A DNA stretch of 64,000 nt from a virus (taxonomy: Duplodnaviria; Caudoviricetes), in IMG/VR virus record IMGVR_UViG_3300029288_000084, positions 64,001 through 128,000 of that record, one strand, 5' to 3'. Shown one piece after another: positions 57,537-64,000 of the stretch. The first letter of the stretch is position 1; the number at the start of each line of letters is the position of its first letter. The notes under the pieces are model-generated. The model saw only the letters and a list, made by a program, of their open reading frames with translations, did no database searches and had not been told where the DNA came from. The position numbers and the translations under genes were made by a program.

Positions 57537-59224
57537 TAAATATACCTCGTTAAAGTAATGTTCATTGTTCCAAGTATTATTTTACGGTTTTTCTTATAGA
57601 ATACATCATTGTTTTCCACCATAAAATTTACACGATAACCAGTGATAGGTTGTTCTGTGCTTATGTTAAAATTTGGCCAAATTTCAATCTCACCAGTTGT
57701 GTAATCAACTTCACCAATAATAGCATTGCCCGATGTATTTAAAATATTTCCTAATTCATCATCGTAAAACCCTTCTGTTGCTGATATCACACATTCAACA
57801 GAACCAGGAATCAATTCATTTTCTAATTTCCAATGATAATTACCAGAACCAACTTTGGAAAAATAGAAATATGGTTGAATCTCTAAATCTGTGTTTTCGA
57901 TTTTTGTTAGAGTGTTGATAGCAGTTGTAAATTTTGCATTTTTAAACAAGGAATCAAATGAATCCATTTCATCGAAGAAATCTTCGATTTCCCCTTCAAC
58001 ATCATCTCGTACAACATTTAACTGGGATTCATATATTTGACTGTAATATGCTGTGCCAGAAACATCAATGTGGAAATATGAAATATCTATAAATTCTGGG
58101 TTGATTGTTAGAATATTTCTTGAATTCATGAAAGTTGTTAAAGTAGCTTTTTGAGCTGTTGTTAGATTGTAAGCACCAACAGGTTTGATTGCAATCCAAA
58201 CTTTTCCATAGACTGGATTTTCTGTATCTTCTTCCCCACCCCAAACATTGATTTCATCTACCAAGGCATGTTGACTAAGAATAGCTTCATAATCACCTTT
58301 TGTAACCATTCTATTTTGAGCTTCATAGAATTTTGGTGCATTCAACTTAATACTATCAAGAGTTTCTTCTTCTGTTCCACCTAACGATTGTTGTTCTAAT
58401 GTGATTGTGACTTTTGATTGATCGTAAGTCACTCCAAGGCTGTCAACTAGGACATCGTTCAAGGAGAATGTTTCAAAATTATTTCCATCTTCGCCATTGC
58501 ATTCTTTGTAAACAATAAGAATTGTTGAACCAAGATCTGGAATTTTTCCAACAATATTATCACCGAAAATAATTTTTACGTAACTATCTTCTGTGATTTC
58601 TATCGAATACATTTCGGTTGTTTCAGTTGCACCAACAATGTTATTTTGATTTGTCCATAATGTACCATCAACATAAACTTCAAAACCATCTTCGTCGACA
58701 ACAGTACTTTCAACTATGAATTCTTGGTTTGCTAACCCTGAAGAAACTTCAGACTGAGATGTTTGAGTACCTTCTCTGATTACAATTCCAGTAAACTTAA
58801 AATCATTTGCATTTGATAAAACATATTCTTCAGTTGTATAAAAATGATATCCTTCAACAATGAAATCTGTATATTTCGGGATTGTCAAAGTTGTTGCCAA
58901 CCCAGTTGGTTTGTAAGCTGTTTTAATTTCGAAAGTGACAATAGCTTCTGCACCAGCCTTTCTTCGAGGCGTATAGTTTAAATGTTTTACTATTAAGTTG
59001 ACATTTTTTCTTAAAGTTGCTGAATCTAAAAATATCTCATTAACAGACATATTTAGGTAGTATGACATGTAATGAATACAATATGCCATAACATCGACAA
59101 AATAAGAAATACCACTTCCTGTGAAGTTTACATCAGCAAACTCCGATTTTGTTTTAAGATATGCCTTGAGATTTGTTACAATATCGGCGAATTCAGTTTC
59201 GGAAATATTTAATTTCATACTCAT
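57536..59224 (-). CDS. gp6: baseplate wedge protein
   Basis: F.D.NF.GS, E.FLDSA..R, FGD...GK.P, ..QNR.VT..DY, V.WGGE; start probably MSMKL. Confidence 0.93.
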   Translation of the reverse strand: MSMKLNISETEFADIVTNLKAYLKTKSEFADVNFTGSGISYFVDVMAYCIHYMSYYLNMSVNEIFLDSATLRKNVNLIVKHLNYTPRRKAGAEAIVTFEIKTAYKPTGLATTLTIPKYTDFIVEGYHFYTTEEYVLSNANDFKFTGIVIREGTQTSQSEVSSGLANQEFIVESTVVDEDGFEVYVDGTLWTNQNNIVGATETTEMYSIEITEDSYVKIIFGDNIVGKIPDLGSTILIVYKECNGEDGNNFETFSLNDVLVDSLGVTYDQSKVTITLEQQSLGGTEEETLDSIKLNAPKFYEAQNRMVTKGDYEAILSQHALVDEINVWGGEEDTENPVYGKVWIAIKPVGAYNLTTAQKATLTTFMNSRNILTINPEFIDISYFHIDVSGTAYYSQIYESQLNVVRDDVEGEIEDFFDEMDSFDSLFKNAKFTTAINTLTKIENTDLEIQPYFYFSKVGSGNYHWKLENELIPGSVECVISATEGFYDDELGNILNTSGNAIIGEVDYTTGEIEIWPNFNISTEQPITGYRVNFMVENNDVFYKKNRKIILGTMNITLTRYI

Positions 59225-59237
59225 TTTATTCTCACAT

Positions 59238-59459
59238 CTACATTTGAACAATATCAGTGACTTTGACTACTGGACCTTTTTTATCGTTAAACTGAATAGG
59301 TAGTTTTAAATCACTTTTCCATTTTTCTGCGGTTTCTCTGTTTGGAAAATACAACCACTCTGTTGGTTCCGACCCATGTTCATTTCGAATAAGTCCTATT
59401 TTGAATTTATTATTTTTTTTATTGTGTATTTTGTACTCAAATAAATTTTTTACTTTCAT
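59238..59459 (-). CDS. putative internal head protein (MKVKNLFE)
   Basis: Shared leader, sits between gp25 and gp6. Confidence 0.62.
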   Translation of the reverse strand: MKVKNLFEYKIHNKKNNKFKIGLIRNEHGSEPTEWLYFPNRETAEKWKSDLKLPIQFNDKKGPVVKVTDIVQM

Positions 59460-59839
59460 CTTATCCTCTCTAGTATTACACTTACATCGTATTTTCCAAT
59501 TGTATTAACTATCTGAAATGTAATGTTGCAAATCATTTCATTTGCATCAATGCTTCCAGAGAATTCAACATCAACTTTTGTTACTCGCTTTTCATTTTTC
59601 TTTAGGGCAAGTTTTATTTCATCCTTTATCAATTCTCTGTTGAATGGGTTGTCTAAATCAAATAGAGCTTGTGAGATTCTTGGTCCAGAATTTGGATTAA
59701 ACAAACGGTTTCGTGTCATTACAATATTTTTAACCGATTGTTTTATCGCATTGACATCTAGAACCTTAGCTATATCATTTCGAATAGTCAGGCCCATGTT
59801 TAAATCGATGTCCGAATAAATATCAGTGTGAGTTGCCAT
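59456..59839 (-). CDS. gp25: baseplate wedge / sheath initiator
   Basis: YSDIDL, AIKQSVKNIV.T, R.FNP, E.RV. Confidence 0.9.
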   Translation of the reverse strand: MATHTDIYSDIDLNMGLTIRNDIAKVLDVNAIKQSVKNIVMTRNRLFNPNSGPRISQALFDLDNPFNRELIKDEIKLALKKNEKRVTKVDVEFSGSIDANEMICNITFQIVNTIGKYDVSVILERIR

Positions 59840-59909
59840 TATACTTCCTCAAAGATATTTATAATGACAGAAAAGAAAAAGAAACTATTTTTCTTACTTA
59901 AAATCAGTA

Positions 59910-59982
59910 AGGGAGGGGTAGGATTCGAACCTACATTTCACGGATCCACAATCCGTCGTTCTGCCAATTGAACTACCAACCC
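59910..59982 (-). tRNA. tRNA-His(GTG), atypical acceptor stem
   Basis: TAGTTCAATTGGCAGAAC D arm, ACGGA-TTGTGGA-TCCGT anticodon arm, GTAGG-TTCGAAT-CCTAC T arm; two acceptor mismatches. Confidence 0.75.
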
Positions 59983-59983
59983 A

Positions 59984-60784
59984 TTACTTAATTAAAATCA
60001 ATCCAGCTAGAACAGCTACAATAACCTCCCCTACCTTTCGCCAGAAGAGTTTATTCTTCAGGTTTTTAATTTTGCTGTTAGCAGTACCAAGATCTGTTTT
60101 AACTGATTTGATTTGTCGTTCGTAGATAATTTCATTTGTATCAACAGTTAATTTCAAATTGAATTCAATTCCCTTTAAATCATTTATTTGTGCTTTAAAC
60201 AAAGGAATTAATTCATCTTCATTTTTCTTATGCAATGTAAAAATTTTCTCATAATCAATTACGAACACAGAAAGGTCTTCTCTTTCTTTGGGCACAATCT
60301 CCATATAATTTCGATCTGCTACGATCTTGACATCAATATCATGTCTCTTTAAGGATGCCGCTAATTCAATATCCTTTTCTTTTTGAGATTTCTTTTTAAG
60401 ATCATTTTTGAAGTCTTCAAAATCATCTTCAATCTGTTTCTTTTCATTTTCTTTATCAAGAATCTTCTTATCTCTTTCAGCAACTCTAGCATCAGCTGCT
60501 ATAATATCCTTTGCTAGTGATTTTACAAACAACATCAATTTGGAAATTATTTTTTGATCCTCTTTGTATTGTTGAGCATTGATAGCATTTTCTTTTTCAA
60601 GTTTCTTCCCCTTCTGCCAGAGATAATAAGTTCTCCAACAAACAATCAAGAAAGAAAAAATAAGAATTGCAATTGCAATGTCTTTCAAATTTTTTGCCTT
60701 TAAAGAAGTAATAAATTTTACCACAACTTTTTTTACTGAAGCGAAAGCTTTTTTCAAAAATTCAATTACTTTTTTCATATTCAA
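59984..60784 (-). CDS. membrane-anchored coiled-coil protein (spanin-like?)
   Basis: N-terminal TM, long coiled coil, C-terminal hydrophobic segment. Confidence 0.5.
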   Translation of the reverse strand: MNMKKVIEFLKKAFASVKKVVVKFITSLKAKNLKDIAIAILIFSFLIVCWRTYYLWQKGKKLEKENAINAQQYKEDQKIISKLMLFVKSLAKDIIAADARVAERDKKILDKENEKKQIEDDFEDFKNDLKKKSQKEKDIELAASLKRHDIDVKIVADRNYMEIVPKEREDLSVFVIDYEKIFTLHKKNEDELIPLFKAQINDLKGIEFNLKLTVDTNEIIYERQIKSVKTDLGTANSKIKNLKNKLFWRKVGEVIVAVLAGLILIK

Positions 60785-61698
60785 TATCTCCTCTGTTGAA
60801 TTATTTTATCTATTTCATTTAATTGTATTTCATCTTTGGTAAAAGACAATTTGAACAATGGTGTACTTATACACATATGTGCAATCATATATCTCATCTT
60901 TTCTTGTTGAAAATGAGGCATAAGTTCAATCTGATTTTTATGCTCATTAAATATATATTTATAACATTCTCCAATTGAAATTTCTTGTAAAGAACAAGTA
61001 CAAGATTTTTCTAATATACAAATTGCTCCAAGTGGTACTCGCATATTTGCTGTATAAAGACCCCATGGAGTTCCACAGGCAATAAAACCTTCTGAAGTTT
61101 GCCTAACTAGTATTTGATCATCACATAAAATAAAATTTTTTGATAATTTAGCAGCAGTTGTTTTGCCACCTTCATCTGGAGCTAAGAATAGAATTGCTTT
61201 GTTATTTCTAACAATTGCAGATGTGTGAAGTAATATAGATGAAAAAGATGGGGCAAATACACTCAGCATCAATGATCCAATTATATTATTATTTTTAAAA
61301 TTTTCACTTAAGAAAAATATAGCAACATTTTTCTTAAAATCAAAAATACTAATTGAATTCTCGTTTATTTCAATTGTTAACATTTTACAATAACTTTTAG
61401 AAAAAAATAAGTAGTTTTGAAATTGAATAGAATACAAAATTTTAGATCGCATAAACGGAATGCCTACAACTGTTGCTTCTTTTAGGCATTGTTGCAATCT
61501 TTTATTAGGTAACATTCCACTATACATATTGGAATTAATTTTTATAATTCTCCATGTTATGTCGGGTTTAGATAAACTTTTATCAATAAGAAATGGATCA
61601 AATTCTTGATCTATTGGGTATTCTAAATAATTACAAAAAATCTTCAAACCACCGATATCAATATTTGTGTGCATTTCAGTGATGATGACCTGCAGCAC
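60781..61698 (-). CDS. HprK-related P-loop kinase-like protein (ScmC / lasso-kinase type)
   Basis: LLHTSAI, AILFLAPDEGGKTT, LCDD, GTPWG, PLGAI..L. Confidence 0.8.
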   Translation of the reverse strand: MLQVIITEMHTNIDIGGLKIFCNYLEYPIDQEFDPFLIDKSLSKPDITWRIIKINSNMYSGMLPNKRLQQCLKEATVVGIPFMRSKILYSIQFQNYLFFSKSYCKMLTIEINENSISIFDFKKNVAIFFLSENFKNNNIIGSLMLSVFAPSFSSILLHTSAIVRNNKAILFLAPDEGGKTTAAKLSKNFILCDDQILVRQTSEGFIACGTPWGLYTANMRVPLGAICILEKSCTCSLQEISIGECYKYIFNEHKNQIELMPHFQQEKMRYMIAHMCISTPLFKLSFTKDEIQLNEIDKIIQQRRY

Positions 61699-61903
61699 TA
61701 CCTACATTGCAATATGCACTTGGAAATCCACCACTTTGACAAGAACCTAAATAAGGCGACATACCACTTCTACATTCAGGTTCAGGCGGTTTAATTCCAC
61801 ACCCACTTTTACATTCACAATTTGGGCTATAAGAAGTTTGACCTATTACAATGCGAGAATTACAATCAATAGAAACGGGTGGTTCATATTTTATCTTTTT
61901 CAT
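61676..61903 (-). CDS. Cys-rich RiPP-like precursor peptide
   Basis: KYEPP leader; repeated CxSG/CxxG core; overlaps the kinase start. Confidence 0.65.
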   Translation of the reverse strand: MKKIKYEPPVSIDCNSRIVIGQTSYSPNCECKSGCGIKPPEPECRSGMSPYLGSCQSGGFPSAYCNVGSAAGHHH

Positions 61904-61909
61904 ATTTAA

Positions 61910-61940
61910 ATTATATACTAAACCTAAAATTAATTTAGTA
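61910..61940 (-). promoter_or_regulatory. TACTAAA-N18-TATAAT promoter motif (copy 5)
   Basis: Only 6 nt between the -10 and the precursor ATG (leaderless). Confidence 0.75.
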
Positions 61941-61945
61941 AAAAT

Positions 61946-62587
61946 TTAATTATGATCTACTGCTCTTCTAGCTTGTTGACTACATTCATCTAGTAAAACT
62001 TTTGTTTCGCCATTTACTAAACAAACAAGCTCAGTCATAAACAGTTGCATAAAATCTATTGATGCAGAAACAAATTTTATTCTTTTACTATTCTCAGTCG
62101 TAAAAAATATTTTTTGGATGACATTATTGTAGCGAATTAAATTTGGTCTATGTGTCTGATAATACCTCTGTGTAATTTCTTCACCGAGTAACTCTTTCAT
62201 TCTTTGTTCATTATATTTTGAAGCCGCAAATAAGTGATCTTGAAAAATTGTATAATTGGTAACATTATCCATATTTAAAGTTAAACCATCTACAATTAAA
62301 TTAATAAAAGTGTCAGATTTCATAATGGCTACTGCTTTATATTTTTCATCTATTTTACTTAAATAATAACATTGAATATCTGAAAATTTTTGTTGTATTT
62401 TGTCAATATCTGTGTTTGCTATCATATAATCTTTTAAGACTTTTACATCTTTTGACATTATATTAAAATTTTCAGATATTTTTTTTATATCTTTTCTCGT
62501 TTTTATTTGAGGTAATGATTGTATTAAAGTTGTTAAAACTGCAAATCCACCAACAGATAGAGATACAGCTAATGCTTCGCTCATCAT
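61946..62587 (-). CDS. hypothetical protein with N-terminal membrane anchor
   Basis: Hydrophobic N-terminus; late promoter at 62633. Confidence 0.55.
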   Translation of the reverse strand: MMSEALAVSLSVGGFAVLTTLIQSLPQIKTRKDIKKISENFNIMSKDVKVLKDYMIANTDIDKIQQKFSDIQCYYLSKIDEKYKAVAIMKSDTFINLIVDGLTLNMDNVTNYTIFQDHLFAASKYNEQRMKELLGEEITQRYYQTHRPNLIRYNNVIQKIFFTTENSKRIKFVSASIDFMQLFMTELVCLVNGETKVLLDECSQQARRAVDHN

Positions 62588-62647
62588 TTGAAATAAACTC
62601 CTCTAAGATTTCTGATTTTCAAACCTCAATATTATTTATAAAAGGAG

Positions 62648-63574
62648 TTATGTTTTATTCACATTTCTTATGAATAGCACATCTTCGTTTGATGCATTTT
62701 TAGAAAATTCCAACCAACGCTTTTGATTCTTTATGCCTGAAATTTGTGCCATCCATTCGATTGCTTCCTTAAAATTTGTGTTTATCATTATAGCATGAAT
62801 ACAAGTTTCTCTAGCTTCATTTCCACGATTTAAAAACCAAAGACATTTTGATAATTGAAAATACACTTCAGCAACTTCAGGTGCCCAAACCTTTGTTTTA
62901 GAAATTTCTAAGTACATTGAATAGTAGTAAAGTGCAGTGATGTAATCAAATCTGTAAACATATTCTCTAGCAAGATAAAATATAGATCTTATATCGTTTG
63001 GATTTTTTGTAACTTCTTGTTTTAAAATTCTTAATGATCTATTGGGGTCGGTTTTATGTGTTGGTGAATAATCATATACAACTGTAATATCTAGATATTT
63101 TGTTGCAGTAGAATTTATATAATTATGAACTGCCCCAACCCAGTAAACTTCACCACTCTTTTTGTATAATCTAGGAGATAAATGTTTTGTCGTTCCATCA
63201 ACAGAAATGACATTCACGTTTATCGCATTTGTTTTACCATCATCTAGTTGAGGGAGTAACATTTTTATTTTTGCTATTCCATCTTGTTCAAGTTGTTCAT
63301 CTGCATCAATCGTTAACACCCAATCTCCAGTTACATATTCTAATGCTTTGTTTCTTGCTTCAGCAAAATTATCATTCCATTTGTAAACATTTTCTATATA
63401 ATTAACATTATCTATAACATTTTGATATATAGTAAAATCTGCTACTATTTCTCGAGTTTTATCAGTTGAACCAGTATCTAATATAATTATTTCATCAGCA
63501 TCTTTTACTGATGATAAACATTTTTTGATCATCTCTTCTTCATTTTTGACTATCATACAAACGGAAAGTTTCAT
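62648..63574 (-). CDS. GT2 glycosyltransferase with TPR-like C-terminus (protein/peptide-glycosylating type)
   Basis: LSVCMIVKNEE, DTGSTD.T, W.DNFA.ARN, IDADE, helical FYLARE repeats. Confidence 0.88.
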   Translation of the reverse strand: MKLSVCMIVKNEEEMIKKCLSSVKDADEIIILDTGSTDKTREIVADFTIYQNVIDNVNYIENVYKWNDNFAEARNKALEYVTGDWVLTIDADEQLEQDGIAKIKMLLPQLDDGKTNAINVNVISVDGTTKHLSPRLYKKSGEVYWVGAVHNYINSTATKYLDITVVYDYSPTHKTDPNRSLRILKQEVTKNPNDIRSIFYLAREYVYRFDYITALYYYSMYLEISKTKVWAPEVAEVYFQLSKCLWFLNRGNEARETCIHAIMINTNFKEAIEWMAQISGIKNQKRWLEFSKNASNEDVLFIRNVNKT

Positions 63575-63591
63575 TATTTACCTCTCTATTA

Positions 63592-63622
63592 ATTATATTA
63601 TATTTTCAACGAATGTTTAGTA
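63592..63622 (-). promoter_or_regulatory. TACTAAA-N18-TATAAT promoter motif (copy 6)
   Basis: Upstream of GT2-TPR gene. Confidence 0.75.
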
Positions 63623-63633
63623 AATTAATATTA

Positions 63634-64000
63634 TTAATTTTCAACAAATATTATTGGTTTATAAACTAATTTAACAGGAATGGCGAAATTGGTATAACCA
63701 CTGCCATTCCAGTAAGAATATGCTGGAATATCAAAATATGTTCCTGTATATGATGTAGTACCAGCAACATAGTCAATTTTGTTAGAAACAGTTCTGGTAA
63801 TCTCAAAATATAATGATCCGGCTAAAATTTTATTTATATTCCAAACTACATCTGCAGTAGAAACCTCCACAGTATTACTGCCATAGCTTATGGTTGCTAT
63901 TTTTAATTCGTATGTTCCTGCATATAAGTCCCATAAAACTTGTTTGATAAAAATTGGGTATTTGATATTAACATAAGCAGCATATTTAGTGTAACTACTG
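63634..64000 (-). CDS. 3' part of a probable structural protein (truncated by window end)
   Basis: Track ORF 63634-63870 appears to extend to the window edge; beta-rich, Thr/Tyr-rich. Confidence 0.45.
   Translation of the reverse strand, partial: SSYTKYAAYVNIKYPIFIKQVLWDLYAGTYELKIATISYGSNTVEVSTADVVWNINKILAGSLYFEITRTVSNKIDYVAGTTSYTGTYFDIPAYSYWNGSGYTNFAIPVKLVYKPIIFVEN

Noticed and set aside
45000-59460. CRISPR-like or DGR repeat array from the recurring tttactttcat string
   Set aside because: Irregular spacing, always at gene starts; no cas or reverse transcriptase gene in the window
2007-59819. Most plus-strand ORFs in the track
   Set aside because: Antisense shadows of well-supported minus-strand genes, with Phe/Ser/Leu-rich composition

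Overview
AT-rich fragment of a large T4-like (myovirus) phage genome, almost entirely on the minus strand. It holds the virion morphogenesis module (gp2, 3, 6, 7-like, 8-like, 13-23, 25, 26/51, DUF4815 protein, fibre), uvsW/uvsY, a CHAP endolysin, a glycosyltransferase/methyltransferase island, four homing endonucleases and two tRNAs. Main hunt results: (1) about 24 small unrelated ORFs interleaved among structural genes that share a capsid-targeting-like leader (KFEELLxE / MKVKxLFE), including a nucleotidyltransferase and two decayed copies; (2) a D-P-Y tripeptide recurring across the assembly proteins, plus a 44-aa N-terminal domain shared by a head-cluster protein and a triple glycosyltransferase, suggesting a virion-modification system; (3) a Cys-rich RiPP-like precursor coupled to an HprK-like kinase; (4) TerL fractured by an atypically split intein; (5) a T TTT TTA -1 frameshift joining gp26 to gp51; (6) an exactly spaced TACTAAA-N18-TATAAT promoter family, one copy of which precedes a hairpin-rich GC-rich putative ncRNA; (7) GIY-YIG genes that end in a recoded duplicate of the endolysin C-terminus or read through a tRNA. 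All family assignments come from motif recognition by eye; no searches were run.
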